A DNA stretch of 64,000 bases from an uncultured Gemmatimonadales bacterium (GCA_963741945.1 CAVUKA010000001.1:1120001-1184000), one strand, 5' to 3'; numbered from the stretch's first letter, positions 39,492 through 49,981 are shown. The notes: a model not told the origin generated them from the letters alone. Numbers and translations: made by a program.

Positions 39492-40371
39492 CGGAGCCGG
39501 AGGCGTGCAGTGCGCTTTCGGCGCCGCGGATGATGCCGCGCGCGATGGTCACGGCGGCGGCGGCGGCCCGGTCATCGATGTCGTAGGCGGGGTCATAGGA
39601 TGCGATGGCGGCCGCTTCCACGGGTCGGATCGTGGCCGCGCCGGTGACGGCGTCCACCACCTCCTCGGCGGTGAGTCCGGCCGGTGTGCTGAACGCGCTG
39701 ACCGGGGCGACGCCCGGGTCGAGGACATCGAGGTCGACGTGCGCGTAGAATCGGTCGGCGGACTCGCCCATGCGGCCGAGGCGCTCCTGCGCAGCGCGCC
39801 CGGGTCCGCGGCTCCGGATCTCCTCACAACCGACACGTGCGATTCCGAGTGCCGACGTGAGGGCCGTCTCCGGGCGGTCGAGGTCGCGGGCGCCGAGCAG
39901 GAGCAGGTTGAGGTCGTGGAGCGGGCGGAACCCGGGGACGGTGCTGGCGAGCTCTCGCCAGCAGCGGCCCGTGAGCGTGGACAGGGCCATGCCATCGAGG
40001 AGGCCGCTCACGGTGGTGTCGGGGGTGTTCAGATCTCCGTGTGCGTCGAACCAGAGGACGCCCACGCGCTCGCCGCCGAGGCCGGAGACGGTTCCGAGGG
40101 CGGAGAAGCAGTTCCCGGCCAGGACCAGGGGGAATCGGCCGGAGACCCGGGCGTCGGCCACGGCGGCGGAGAGGGAGCGGGCGAGGCCGAAGGCGCTGGC
40201 GATCTCGGCGGGCGGCACGAGTGTGGATTCGAGGGTGCGGATCCGGACGGTGTGGCCATCGTCCTCGAGGGCCCCGGGGAGTCCGAAGTCGAGGAGTCGG
40301 CCGGGCCCGCGGCCCATGCGTACGTCGCGAGTGCCGGAATCGTAGGGGACGGCCAGGATGTCGATGTCCAC
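39427..40371 (-). CDS. Arginase/ureohydrolase family protein
   Basis: PYDSG...GP, LAGNC, DAHGDLN, HVDLDVLDP; start GTG 40371 or 40407. Confidence 0.85.
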   Translation of the reverse strand: MDIDILAVPYDSGTRDVRMGRGPGRLLDFGLPGALEDDGHTVRIRTLESTLVPPAEIASAFGLARSLSAAVADARVSGRFPLVLAGNCFSALGTVSGLGGERVGVLWFDAHGDLNTPDTTVSGLLDGMALSTLTGRCWRELASTVPGFRPLHDLNLLLLGARDLDRPETALTSALGIARVGCEEIRSRGPGRAAQERLGRMGESADRFYAHVDLDVLDPGVAPVSAFSTPAGLTAEEVVDAVTGAATIRPVEAAAIASYDPAYDIDDRAAAAAVTIARGIIRGAESALHASGSATAPVPPAPGPPHGTDPGRTA

Positions 40372-40537
40372 GGGGGCTCCAGAGCGGGTGATGCCGGAAA
40401 TCAACATCTTCGGAGCATGTCTGTCCAGTGTGGCGTCGGCGCGCGGATCGGACCGGAAAGCGGCTCATGGCCCGAATCGCGCCGACCGACAGCGCCGCTT
40501 TGCCGTCGCTGTTATCGTTGACGGATGATCCGATCCC

Positions 40538-41512
40538 GTGACCACTCCCTTCCGTCCTGCCCGCGGTCTCGCCAATCCCCACTTCCAGTCCATCGCCGGC
40601 AAGGTGCTGCGACCGGACCTGCGCCTGCCGCTGCGGCGCGAGCGGGTGCGTACGCCCGATGGCGACTTCCTGGACCTGGACTTCGCGGGGGGTGACCACG
40701 CCGGGCCGGCCGTGCTGGTGCTGCACGGCCTGGAAGGGTCGGCCGACCGCCGCTACATGCGGACCACGTACCGCGCGCTGCTCGACCGCGGCCTCCGCCC
40801 GGTGGGCCTGAACTTCCGCGGCTGCAGCGGGGAGCCGAACCACAGCACGCGGGCGTACCACTCGGGCGAGACGGAGGACGTGCGGTTCGTGCTGGAGGGG
40901 CTGAAGTCGCGCTCGGGCGGACCGTTGGGGCTGGTCGGGTACTCCCTGGGCGGCAACGTGGCCCTGAAGCTGGCGGGGGAGATGGGCGACGCGGCCGGGG
41001 CGCTGCTGGGTGCGGTCGCAGCCGTGAGCGTCCCCTTCGACCTGGACGCCGGCTGCCGCCGCATCGGTGCCGGCTTCATGGGGCGGTTCTACACCGCCTA
41101 CTTCATGCGCAGCCTGCTGCGGAAGGTGCGCGACAAGCGGGGCGTGCTGGAGGGCGCCATCGACGTGGACGCCGTGCTCGACGCCCGCGACCTGCGCGCG
41201 TTCGACGACGCCATGACCGCTCCCGTGCACGGCTTCGCCGACGCCGCGGACTACTACGCCCGCAGCAGCTCCGATCGGTTCATTCCATCGATCCGCGTGC
41301 CCACGCTGGTGATCCACTCGGAGGACGACCCTTTCCTCCCGCCGGAGCGGATCCCGCGGGCGACCATGGAGGCGAACGCGGCAGTCACGCCGCTGATCAC
41401 CAAGGCGGGCGGCCACGTCGGGTTCATTGCGGGGAGCGTGCTGCGGCCCCGCTTCTGGGCGGAGGAGCGGATCGCGGACTTCCTGGCGGCGGAGCTCGGG
41501 GCCGCGGCGTAG
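40538..41512 (+). CDS. YheT-like alpha/beta hydrolase
   Basis: LHGLEGS, NFRGC, YHSG, GYSLGG, DDPF, GGHVGF. Confidence 0.9.
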   Translation: MTTPFRPARGLANPHFQSIAGKVLRPDLRLPLRRERVRTPDGDFLDLDFAGGDHAGPAVLVLHGLEGSADRRYMRTTYRALLDRGLRPVGLNFRGCSGEPNHSTRAYHSGETEDVRFVLEGLKSRSGGPLGLVGYSLGGNVALKLAGEMGDAAGALLGAVAAVSVPFDLDAGCRRIGAGFMGRFYTAYFMRSLLRKVRDKRGVLEGAIDVDAVLDARDLRAFDDAMTAPVHGFADAADYYARSSSDRFIPSIRVPTLVIHSEDDPFLPPERIPRATMEANAAVTPLITKAGGHVGFIAGSVLRPRFWAEERIADFLAAELGAAA

Positions 41513-41580
41513 GCCGGCTGGCGCAGGCCGGCCGCGCCACGCGGGCGGGCGGGGCGTCGCCCTCCGCGGGTCGTGCGTGG

Positions 41581-41967
41581 CTAGAGGTCGCTCGTGTTGT
41601 CCGTGATGGAGAGCACGTTCCCGTCCGGGTCCCGGAACCAGGCCACGCGCGTGCCATCGGGCGAGCTCCAGATCCCTCGTTCGTCCTGCTCCAGCGTCTC
41701 GAAGCGCTCGAAGGTGACGCCGTCGCGGACCAGCGCCTCCACCGCCCCAGCCACGTCATCCACCTCCCACCCGAACACCGTGAAGGCGTGCGGCTGGAGG
41801 CGGTCGACGCGTGTGACACGGAGCGGGGTGCCGCCCGCGTCGAAGACCAGGGCGAAGACGTCCTCGTGCATGAGCTGGAGCCCCAGCGTGCCGGCGTAGA
41901 ACGCGCGGGCGCGATCCAGGTCGCGGACCCCGATGAAGCCCACGGGCGTAGCGTCGTGGTGGAGCAT
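41581..41967 (-). CDS. VOC/glyoxalase family protein
   Basis: DLDRARAFY..TLGL, VAWFRDPDGNVLSI. Confidence 0.88.
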   Translation of the reverse strand: MLHHDATPVGFIGVRDLDRARAFYAGTLGLQLMHEDVFALVFDAGGTPLRVTRVDRLQPHAFTVFGWEVDDVAGAVEALVRDGVTFERFETLEQDERGIWSSPDGTRVAWFRDPDGNVLSITDNTSDL

Positions 41968-42028
41968 GCTGCCAGGATAGCGGACAGCCGCCGGGCGACG
42001 CCACCCCGGGCCCGCGCCCTCGTCGCGC

Positions 42029-42057
42029 TTGACCGGCGGCGCGGGCGCCGTTAGCCT
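42029..42057 (+). promoter_or_regulatory. his operon sigma70-type promoter
   Basis: TTGACC N17 TAGCCT, ending 9 nt before the leader ATG. Confidence 0.65.
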
Positions 42058-42066
42058 CTTCGGACC

Positions 42067-42153
42067 ATGACGAGCGAGAACCGGATTCAGCGGCACCATC
42101 ATCACCATCACGGCCCCGGACGGGTCGCGGTGGCGGGTGCGCTCGTGGTGTAG
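42067..42153 (+). CDS. hisL: his operon leader peptide (28 aa, six consecutive His)
   Basis: MTSENRIQRHHHHHHGPGRVAVAGALVV*; not in ORF track. Confidence 0.88.
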   Translation: MTSENRIQRHHHHHHGPGRVAVAGALVV

Positions 42154-42185
42154 AAGGACCGAACGAGCAGCGCGCAGGCCACGCG

Positions 42186-42214
42186 GCCCGTCCCTTTCCG
42201 GGGCGGGCTTTTTT
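42186..42214 (+). terminator. his attenuator terminator
   Basis: GCCCGTCCC-tttcc-GGGGCGGGC-TTTTTT. Confidence 0.88.
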
Positions 42215-42322
42215 GTTTGCACCCACCCCGGCCCAGGCGACGATCGTCGCGCCCCGCGCACCCCGGCACCGCACGATGCGGGCGGCCGGGCAAGCACACC
42301 AGGCAAGCGCCGGAGAAGCATT

Positions 42323-43240
42323 GTGGCCACGCAGAGGGGGATCGAGGAGAGGGAGCGGGCGGCGTCCAGCCGTCTGCGCATCGCGCTGCCCAACAAGGGG
42401 CGGCTGGCGCGGGAGGCGCTGGAGCTGCTGGAGCGGGCTGGGCTGGAGCCCGCCATGGTCTCGGAGCGGGCGCTGCGGGCGGATCTGGGGGAGGATTTCA
42501 CCGCCATTTTCGTCCGGGCGCGTGACATCCCTGAGTTCGTGGCGGACGGCGCGGCGGACGTGGGGATCACGGGAAGCGACCTGGTGGCCGAGTCCGGGCG
42601 GGAGATCCGGACGCTCCTCCCCCTGGGCTTCGGCCGCTGCCGCCTGGTGGTGGCGGGCCGCGACGCGGACGGTGAGTGGGACACCGTGGATGCGGTCCCC
42701 GAGGGCGCGCGCGTCGCCACGTCCTTCCCCCGGACCACGGAGCGCTGGTTCGCGGAGCGGGGTCGACGCGTGGAGATCGTCCCCATCACCGGCGCCGCCG
42801 AGGTGGCGCCACACGTGGGCGTGGCGGAAGTCATCGCCGACCTGGTGAGCACGGGCTCCACGCTGAAAGTGAATGGGCTGCGCGAGCTGGCGACGGTGGC
42901 GGAAGTGGAAGCCGTCCTCGTCGCCCGGCCCGCGGATGCGGCGGACGCGGACTGGCGCCGCACGCGGGTGCGGGAGCTGGTGGCCGCGCTGGAGTCCGTG
43001 CTCCGCGCCGATGGCAAGCGGTACCTCATGGCGAACGTCCCCCGGAGCGCGCTCCTCCGCCTCCGGGACGTGCTCCCGGGGCTCAACGGGCCCACCATCG
43101 TGGACATCCTGAACGCCGGCGAGCACGTGGCCGCCCACGCCGTGGTGGACCGCGCGGAAGTCTACCGCACCATCGCCGCGCTGAAGGAGCTGGGCGCGGA
43201 GGGGATCCTGGTCACCCGCATCGAGAGGCTGATGCCATGA
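42323..43240 (+). CDS. hisG: ATP phosphoribosyltransferase (long form)
   Basis: IALPNKGRL, RARDIP, DVGITG, DLVSTGSTL, C-terminal regulatory domain. Confidence 0.95.
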   Translation: MATQRGIEERERAASSRLRIALPNKGRLAREALELLERAGLEPAMVSERALRADLGEDFTAIFVRARDIPEFVADGAADVGITGSDLVAESGREIRTLLPLGFGRCRLVVAGRDADGEWDTVDAVPEGARVATSFPRTTERWFAERGRRVEIVPITGAAEVAPHVGVAEVIADLVSTGSTLKVNGLRELATVAEVEAVLVARPADAADADWRRTRVRELVAALESVLRADGKRYLMANVPRSALLRLRDVLPGLNGPTIVDILNAGEHVAAHAVVDRAEVYRTIAALKELGAEGILVTRIERLMP

Positions 43241-45714
43241 TCCCCGTGCGAAGACTCGCCGAACTCGACGCCGCCGCCCTCGGCCGTCTCCTGGTGCGCG
43301 GGCGCGCCGGCGACCCCGACGTGGCCCGCTCCGTAGCCGCCGACATCGCCAATGTCCGCGCCCGCCGCGACGCCGCGCTGATCGACCTCGTCCGCCGCTA
43401 CGACGGTGTGTCGCTGGACGCCATCGAAGTCCCCAGGCCGGCCCGGGACGCCGCCCTCGCCGCCCTGGACCCCGCCGTGCGGCGGGCCCTCGAGGAGGCG
43501 GCCGCGGCCATCCGGCGCTTCCACGCCGCCCAGCGCCCCGCGCCCCTGGTCTTCGACGCCGCGCCCGGCCTCACGCTCGGACGCCGCCCGGATCCGCTCC
43601 GGCGCGTGGGGGTGTATGCTCCCGGCGGGCGGGCGGCCTACCCGAGCAGCGTCCTCATGGGCGTCGTCCCGGCCAGGGTGGCGGGGGTGGAGGAGGTGGT
43701 GGTGTGCTCGCCACCCGGCCCGGACGGAACGCCGTCGCCGCTGGTGCTGGCGGCGTGCGCGGTGGCGGGCGCCGATCGCCTGTTCGCGCTGGGCGGCGCC
43801 GGCGCCGTAGCGGCCATGGCGCTGGGCACGGAGACCGTGCCGCGGGTGGACCGGATCGTCGGGCCCGGGAACGCCTACGTCACGGAAGCGAAGCGCCAGC
43901 TCACGGGCGACGTGGGAACGGACGCCCCCGCCGGCCCATCGGAGCTGCTGGTGGTGGCGGACGGGGACGCGGAGCCGGTCACCGTGGCGCTGGAGCTGTT
44001 GGCCCAGGCCGAGCACGACCCCGACGCCGCGGCAGTCCTGGTGAGCACGGACGCGGCGCTCGCGGAGGAAGTGGCCGCGGAGCTGGAACGGCGGGCCCCG
44101 GCCGAGCCCCGGAGCGCCATCGTCGCCGCGTCGCTGGCCACCGCCGGCGCGCTGCTGGTGGCGGACGACCTGGACGCCGCCCTGGCCTTCGCCGAGCGCT
44201 ACGCGCCCGAGCACCTCCTGCTCCTGGTGCGCTCGCCCCGCGACGCGCTGGACCGCGTTCGCGCCGCCGGAACCGTGTTCCTGGGGCCCACCACCTCCGT
44301 CGCGTTCGGCGACTACGCCACCGGCGCGAACCACGTCCTCCCCACCGGCGGGCTGGCCCGGGCATGGTCCGGGCTGTCCCTGGACGACTACTTCCGCTGG
44401 ACCACGTGGCAGGAAGCGGCGCCCGCCGCCGCGGCGGAGCTGGCCGGCATCGTAGCGCCCCTCGCCGACGCCGAAGGCCTTCCCGCCCACGCGGCCGCCG
44501 CGCGACGGGCCGGAGGCGCTGGGAATATTGGTCCCCGTGCGGGCGCCGGCGTGACGCCGAGGCCCCGGGCGGCGTACCGGGACCTGGCGCCGTACGATCC
44601 GGCCCGGCCGCGGCTCCCCCTCGACCTCAGCGCGAACACCAGCCTCTGGGGCCCGTGCCCCGCGGCCGTGGAAGCGCTCCATGCCGCCGCGGTGGACGCC
44701 TATCCGACGCCGTACGCGGACGCGTTGAAGACCGCGCTGGCGGAGACGTGGGACGTGGACGCATCCCAGGTGACCACCGGAAGCGGCTCGGACGACGTGC
44801 TCGACTCCGCGGTCCGGGCGTTCTGCGACCCGGGAGCGGTGGTGGCGTTCCCGTGGCCCACGTTCGGAATGGCGCCGGAGTTCGCGCGCATGAACGCGGC
44901 GGCGCCGCTGCCGGTGCCGCTGGGGCCCGCCGGAGAGCTGGACGGCGACGGCGAGGCGGCGCTGGCGTGCGCCGACGTCGTCTACCTCTGCCGGCCGAAC
45001 AACCCCACCGGGCTCATGCTGCCGCGGGAGCGCGTGATGGCCCTGCTGGAGCGGGCGCGGGGCTTGGTGGTGGTGGACGAGGCGTACGGCGAGTTCGCGG
45101 GCGAGACCCTCCTCCCCGCCGTCCTCGCCTCTGGCCGCGGGATCGTGCTCCGGACGCTTTCCAAGGCGTATGGCCTCGCCGGGCTTCGCGTGGGCTACGC
45201 CCTCGGCCCGGCACCGCTGATCCGGGCGGTGGAGCTCTCCCGCGGGCCGTACAAGGTGGGCGCTGCCGCCGAGCGCGCCGCCGTGGCCGCCGTGCGGGAG
45301 GGGCGGCCGTGGGTGGCCGACGTGGTGCGGCAGGCGACGACGGCCCGGGGCCACCTCGTCGCCGGGCTCCGCGCCCGCGGGCTCACCGCCATCGAGGGCC
45401 ACGGCAACTTCGTGCTGTTCGGACCGGGCGGCGGGGGTGACCGTGCGGAAAGGGCGGACGCTCCGGCGGGCGAGGGTGCGGACGACGGCCCCGGCGGCCG
45501 GGCGCGAGGCTGGGCTGTGGCGGTGAAGGCGGGTCTCGCCGCCCGCGGCGTGGGCGTGCGGGCGTTCCCCGACCTCCCGGGCTTCGGCGACATGGTGCGC
45601 GTCACGGTCGGCCCACCGGCTGCCATGGAGCGGTTCCTGGACGCCCTCGACGGCTCCCGCGCTCTCGCCGGCCGCGATGGCGCGGGGCCGGCACTGGCGG
45701 AGGCGTGGTCGTGA
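43237..45714 (+). CDS. hisD-hisC: Histidinol dehydrogenase in frame with histidinol-phosphate aminotransferase
   Basis: HisD: GVYAPGG, GPGNAYV, AQAEHD, APEHL, GANHVLPT, EGLPAH; HisC from GTG 44551: LDLSAN, GSDD, PNNPTG, DEAY, TLSKAYGLAGLRVGY; no intervening stop. Confidence 0.85.
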   Translation: MIPVRRLAELDAAALGRLLVRGRAGDPDVARSVAADIANVRARRDAALIDLVRRYDGVSLDAIEVPRPARDAALAALDPAVRRALEEAAAAIRRFHAAQRPAPLVFDAAPGLTLGRRPDPLRRVGVYAPGGRAAYPSSVLMGVVPARVAGVEEVVVCSPPGPDGTPSPLVLAACAVAGADRLFALGGAGAVAAMALGTETVPRVDRIVGPGNAYVTEAKRQLTGDVGTDAPAGPSELLVVADGDAEPVTVALELLAQAEHDPDAAAVLVSTDAALAEEVAAELERRAPAEPRSAIVAASLATAGALLVADDLDAALAFAERYAPEHLLLLVRSPRDALDRVRAAGTVFLGPTTSVAFGDYATGANHVLPTGGLARAWSGLSLDDYFRWTTWQEAAPAAAAELAGIVAPLADAEGLPAHAAAARRAGGAGNIGPRAGAGVTPRPRAAYRDLAPYDPARPRLPLDLSANTSLWGPCPAAVEALHAAAVDAYPTPYADALKTALAETWDVDASQVTTGSGSDDVLDSAVRAFCDPGAVVAFPWPTFGMAPEFARMNAAAPLPVPLGPAGELDGDGEAALACADVVYLCRPNNPTGLMLPRERVMALLERARGLVVVDEAYGEFAGETLLPAVLASGRGIVLRTLSKAYGLAGLRVGYALGPAPLIRAVELSRGPYKVGAAAERAAVAAVREGRPWVADVVRQATTARGHLVAGLRARGLTAIEGHGNFVLFGPGGGGDRAERADAPAGEGADDGPGGRARGWAVAVKAGLAARGVGVRAFPDLPGFGDMVRVTVGPPAAMERFLDALDGSRALAGRDGAGPALAEAWS

Positions 45715-46301
45715 CGGTCCTCGTGTTCGACTACGGCACCGGGAACCTCCACTCGCTGGTGAAGGCACTGGAGCGGTGCGGCGCCCGCCCGCGGATCGAC
45801 ACCCGGCCGGACGGAGAAGACGCTCTGGTGCTCCCCGGCGTCGGGGCATTCGGCGCGGCGGCCGAGCGGCTCCGGCCCCACGCGGCGGCGGTGCGCGGGG
45901 CCGTGTCGCAGGGCATGCCGGTGCTGGGCATCTGCCTGGGCATGCAGCTGCTCCTGGACGCCAGCGACGAAGGGCCCGGCGACGGCCTCGGCCTCATCCC
46001 CGGCGCCGTGCGTCGGCTGCGCGCCCGGCGCACGCCCCACATGGGCTGGAACGTGGTCTCGCCCGCGGGCGGGGACGCCCTGTTCCGCAGCGTGGAAGGC
46101 GAGCGGTTCTACTTCGCGCACAGCTACGCCGCCGACCCCGCCGACCCCGCCCACGTGGTGGCGTGGACGGAGCACGAGGGGGTCCCGGTTCCCGCGGCCG
46201 TTCGCCGAGGCCCCGTGCTGGGCACGCAGTTCCACCCGGAGAAGAGCGGCCTCGCCGGGCTCGCCCTCCTCCGCAACTTCCTGGAAGGGATCGCGCCATG
46301 A
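45711..46301 (+). CDS. hisH: IGP synthase glutaminase subunit
   Basis: DYGTGN, PGVG, GICLGMQ, PHMGWN, QFHPEKS. Confidence 0.95.
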   Translation: MTVLVFDYGTGNLHSLVKALERCGARPRIDTRPDGEDALVLPGVGAFGAAAERLRPHAAAVRGAVSQGMPVLGICLGMQLLLDASDEGPGDGLGLIPGAVRRLRARRTPHMGWNVVSPAGGDALFRSVEGERFYFAHSYAADPADPAHVVAWTEHEGVPVPAAVRRGPVLGTQFHPEKSGLAGLALLRNFLEGIAP

Positions 46302-47041
46302 GGGTGTTCGCGGCCGTGGACCTCCGGGGCGGCGATGCCGTGCAGCTGGTGGGCGGTGAGCCCGGGAGCGAGCGGGTGCGGGAGCGCGACCCCGCGGCCG
46401 TCGCCCGGCGCTGGGTCGAGGCGGGCTTCCGCCACCTCCACGTGGTGGACCTGGACGCCGCGCTCGGTACCGGCAAGAACCGCGGCGCCATCATGTCCAT
46501 CGCCCGGAGCGCGGCCGCGTCCCGGGCCGGTGGAGCCGCGCCCGTGATGCTCCAGGCGGGCGGCGGCGTCCGGAGCCGCACGGCGGTGGATGCGCTCCTG
46601 GACCTGGGCGCGGACCGCGTGATCGTCGGGACGCGGGCTGTGGAGGACCGGGCGTGGCTCGAAGCCGTGGCCACGGCGCGGCCGGGGCGGCTGGTGGTTG
46701 CCGCGGACGTGCGCGACGGGCGGGTGGTCACCCACGGCTGGCGGCGCACTACGGAGCTGGATGCCGCCGGCCTCCTGGCCGCCCTGGCGCCCCTGCCGCT
46801 CGCCGCCGCGCTGATCACGGACGTGGGACGGGAAGGACGGGAGGGCGGCGCCGACGCCCCGTTGTTCCGCACACTCGTGGCCGCTTCGCCCCACCCGGTG
46901 CTCGCCGCCGGCGGTGTGGCCGGCCCCGACGACCTGGATGCCCTGGCCCGCGCCGGCGTCGCCGGCGTGGTGGTGGGCATGGCACTGTACACGGGCCGGC
47001 TCCGCCCGGCCGACGCACTGCGGTACGAGGAGGACGGATGA
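46298..47041 (+). CDS. hisA: ProFAR isomerase
   Basis: AVDLRGG..VQL, LHVVDLDAA, QAGGGVR, TDVGREG. Confidence 0.93.
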   Translation: MRVFAAVDLRGGDAVQLVGGEPGSERVRERDPAAVARRWVEAGFRHLHVVDLDAALGTGKNRGAIMSIARSAAASRAGGAAPVMLQAGGGVRSRTAVDALLDLGADRVIVGTRAVEDRAWLEAVATARPGRLVVAADVRDGRVVTHGWRRTTELDAAGLLAALAPLPLAAALITDVGREGREGGADAPLFRTLVAASPHPVLAAGGVAGPDDLDALARAGVAGVVVGMALYTGRLRPADALRYEEDG

Positions 47042-47643
47042 GCGTGCTGACGCGGGAGACGCAGGAGACGACGGTGCGGGTGACGCTGCTGGGCGCCGCC
47101 GGTGCCGGGGACGGCTGCGGGGCCACGGCCGGCGCGTCGCCTCCGCGGGTGGCCACGGGCGAAGCGTTCCTGGACCACATGCTGACCACACTGGCGCGCT
47201 ACGCCGGGCTCGACCTGGCCGTGGACGCCACGGGCGACCTGCGGCACCACCTGGTGGAGGACGTGGCCATCACGCTCGGCGCCGTGCTGGCCCGGGACGT
47301 CCCGGCCGCGTGCGCCCGCTTCGGCCACGCCACCATCCCCATGGACGAAGCGCTGGTCCAGGTGGCGCTGGACGCGGGCGGGCGCGCCCACTTCGAGGGG
47401 CGGCTGCCGAGCCGCCTCTACGAGCACTTCCTCCGCTCGCTGGCCATGAACGCCGGCTGGACACTGCACGTGCGCGTTCTCCGGGGCCGCGACCGGCACC
47501 ACGCGGTCGAGGCCACGTTCAAGGCGCTGGGCCTCGCGCTCCGCCAGGCGCTCCGTCAGCCGCTCGCCGGACAGGGCGACGCCGTCTTCAGCACGAAGGG
47601 CGCGGTGCGGATGGCGTGGGAGGAGGCCGGCGATGCTGGCTAA
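47038..47643 (+). CDS. hisB: Imidazoleglycerol-phosphate dehydratase (monofunctional)
   Basis: RETQET, FLDHML, HHLVED, PMDEAL, HHAVEA.FKA, STKG. Confidence 0.93.
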   Translation: MSVLTRETQETTVRVTLLGAAGAGDGCGATAGASPPRVATGEAFLDHMLTTLARYAGLDLAVDATGDLRHHLVEDVAITLGAVLARDVPAACARFGHATIPMDEALVQVALDAGGRAHFEGRLPSRLYEHFLRSLAMNAGWTLHVRVLRGRDRHHAVEATFKALGLALRQALRQPLAGQGDAVFSTKGAVRMAWEEAGDAG

Positions 47644-48409
47644 GCGCGTCGTCGTCTGCCTGGACGTGGACGCGGGACGCGTGGTGAAGGGCGTCCGCTT
47701 CCGCGACCTCCGCGACGTGGGCGAGCCCGCGGCCCTCGCTGCCCGCTACGAGGCCGCCGGCGCGGACGAGCTCGTGTTCCTCGACATCACCGCATCGGCC
47801 GAGGATCGCGAGACCACCCTCGACAGCGTCCGACGCACCGCCGAGCGCCTCTTCGTCCCCCTCACCGTGGGCGGCGGCATACGCTCCGCCGACGACGCGG
47901 GCCGCGCGCTCCGGGCCGGGGCGGACAAGGTGGCCGTCAACACCGCCGCGGTGCTCCGCCCGTGGCTCATGGCCGAGTGCGCCGATCGATTCGGCGCCCA
48001 GTGCGTGGTCGCCTCCATCGACGCCATTCCCCACGACGAGGCGCCGTCCGGCTACCGCGTCCGCATCCGGGGCGGCCGCACGCCCGTGGCGCTGGACGCG
48101 GTGGGCTGGGCCCGCCGTTGCGCCGAGCTGGGCGCGGGCGAGATCCTTCTCACGGCCATCCACCGCGACGGCGAGCGCGCCGGCTTCGACGGCGAGCTCA
48201 CCCGCGCCGTGGCAGAGGCCGTGCCGGTGCCGGTCATCGCCAGCGGCGGCGCCGGTCGGCCGTCGCACTTCGTGGACGTGCTCACCACCGCGGGCGCCGA
48301 CGCCGCACTGGCGGCCGGCATCTTCCACGACGGCGTGGTCACGGTGGGCCAGGTCAAGGACGCGCTGGCCGCGGCCGGCGTGCCCGTGCGCAACGGGAGG
48401 CGAGCATGA
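47633..48409 (+). CDS. hisF: IGP synthase cyclase subunit
   Basis: [32 protein letters not shown]. Confidence 0.95.
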   Translation: MLAKRVVVCLDVDAGRVVKGVRFRDLRDVGEPAALAARYEAAGADELVFLDITASAEDRETTLDSVRRTAERLFVPLTVGGGIRSADDAGRALRAGADKVAVNTAAVLRPWLMAECADRFGAQCVVASIDAIPHDEAPSGYRVRIRGGRTPVALDAVGWARRCAELGAGEILLTAIHRDGERAGFDGELTRAVAEAVPVPVIASGGAGRPSHFVDVLTTAGADAALAAGIFHDGVVTVGQVKDALAAAGVPVRNGRRA

Positions 48410-49233
48410 GCGAGTGGAGGGCGGAGCTGGAAGCGGCCGTGGAGGCGGCGGAGGCCGCGGGTCGCCTGGTGATGGAATGGTACGGGCGGGACCCCGAAGT
48501 GGAGGCCAAGGCCGATGGCTCCCCCGTCACCGTGGCCGACCGCGAGGCCGAGCGGGCCATCCGCGAGATGCTCCTGCGCCGCTTCCCCGGCGACGGCGTG
48601 CTCGGCGAGGAGCACGGGGAAGCCCCCGGCACCGCCGGCCGACGATGGATCATCGACCCCATCGACGGGACCCGCTCCTTCGTCCACGGCGTCCCGCTCT
48701 TCGGCGTCATGGTGGCCTTCGAGGTCGACGGCCGCCCTGTGGTGGGGGTGCTCCACTTCCCCGCCCTGGGCGAAACGGTCGCCGCCGCCCGCGGCCTCGG
48801 CTGCCAGTGGAACGGCCGCCCCGCCCGCGTTTCCGACGTGGACGCCCTCGACCGCGCCCTCGTCCTCACCACGGGCGACGCCCGCACCCTCCGCTCCGAT
48901 CCCGCCCACCGGGCCGACCGCGTGAACCCCGCGGATCCCGCGGACCCAGCGGACCTCGTCGCCGCCCGCGCGGCCGCCATCGAGCGCGTGGGCGCCGCCG
49001 CCGACACGTTCCGCACGTGGGGCGACTGCTACGGCTACGCCCTCGTGGCCACTGGCCGCGCCGAAGCCATGCTCGACCCCGTCCTCAACATCTGGGACAC
49101 CGCGGCAGTGCGCCCCATCATCGAGGAGGCCGGTGGCGTGTTCACCGCCTGGGACGGCAGCCTCTCCCACACCGCAGGCCACGCCGTGGCCACCAATGCC
49201 GCCCTCTCCGCCACCATCCGGAGGATGCTGTGA
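48406..49233 (+). CDS. hisN: Histidinol-phosphate phosphatase (inositol monophosphatase family)
   Basis: [35 protein letters not shown]; inside his operon. Confidence 0.85.
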   Translation: MSEWRAELEAAVEAAEAAGRLVMEWYGRDPEVEAKADGSPVTVADREAERAIREMLLRRFPGDGVLGEEHGEAPGTAGRRWIIDPIDGTRSFVHGVPLFGVMVAFEVDGRPVVGVLHFPALGETVAAARGLGCQWNGRPARVSDVDALDRALVLTTGDARTLRSDPAHRADRVNPADPADPADLVAARAAAIERVGAAADTFRTWGDCYGYALVATGRAEAMLDPVLNIWDTAAVRPIIEEAGGVFTAWDGSLSHTAGHAVATNAALSATIRRML

Positions 49234-49928
49234 GCCCCGCCAGGCCGGGCGGGGCGCGGAGCCGCGGCGAACCGGCCCGAGCGGGGGGCCGGCGGCCGGC
49301 GCTCGACCTCGACGCGCTGGACTTCGCCAAGGGCCTGCTCCCGGTGGTCGCCCAGCACGACCTCACGGGCGACATCCTCATGGTGGGCTACGCCGACCGC
49401 GACGCCCTCGCCCGGACCATCGAATCCGGTCTCCTCACGTTCCGCTCCCGCTCGAGAGGCGCGCTCTGGACGAAGGGCGAGACCAGCGGCAATACCCTGC
49501 GCGTGGTCTCCCTCCACGCCGACTGCGATGGCGACACCATCCTCGCCCGCGTCCGGCCCGCGGGACCCGCCTGCCACACTGGCGCCCGGAGCTGTTTCGA
49601 CGCCCCGGAGCCGCAGGAGCCGCCAGAGCCCGCGACGTCGGCGGCGCCCCGCCCCACGCTTCCCGCCCTCGCGGCCCGGCTCGCTGCGCGCCGGGACGCG
49701 GATCCTGCGCGCAGCTACACGGCGCGGCTCCTGGCGGACCGCAACCTGCGCCTGAAGAAGCTGGGAGAGGAGGCCGTGGAGCTCGCCATGGCGTGCGCCG
49801 ATTCCGACGCCGCCCGCGTGGCCGAGGAGGCGGCGGACGTGGTCTACCACACCCTGGTTGCCGCCCTGGGCGCGGGCGTGGAGCTGGAGGCAGTGCTCGC
49901 CGTGCTGGACGCGCGCCGGTCTGCCTAG
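49230..49928 (+). CDS. hisIE: Bifunctional PR-AMP cyclohydrolase / PR-ATP pyrophosphatase
   Basis: LWTKGETSGN, DCDGD, ACHTG..SCF; SYT..L, KKLGEEAVE, EAADVVYH. Confidence 0.93.
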   Translation: MSPARPGGARSRGEPARAGGRRPALDLDALDFAKGLLPVVAQHDLTGDILMVGYADRDALARTIESGLLTFRSRSRGALWTKGETSGNTLRVVSLHADCDGDTILARVRPAGPACHTGARSCFDAPEPQEPPEPATSAAPRPTLPALAARLAARRDADPARSYTARLLADRNLRLKKLGEEAVELAMACADSDAARVAEEAADVVYHTLVAALGAGVELEAVLAVLDARRSA

Positions 49929-49981
49929 AGGGGGTCGCCCCCCGGGTACCGATCGGCGGCGTCCGCCCTTACCTTCCGCGC

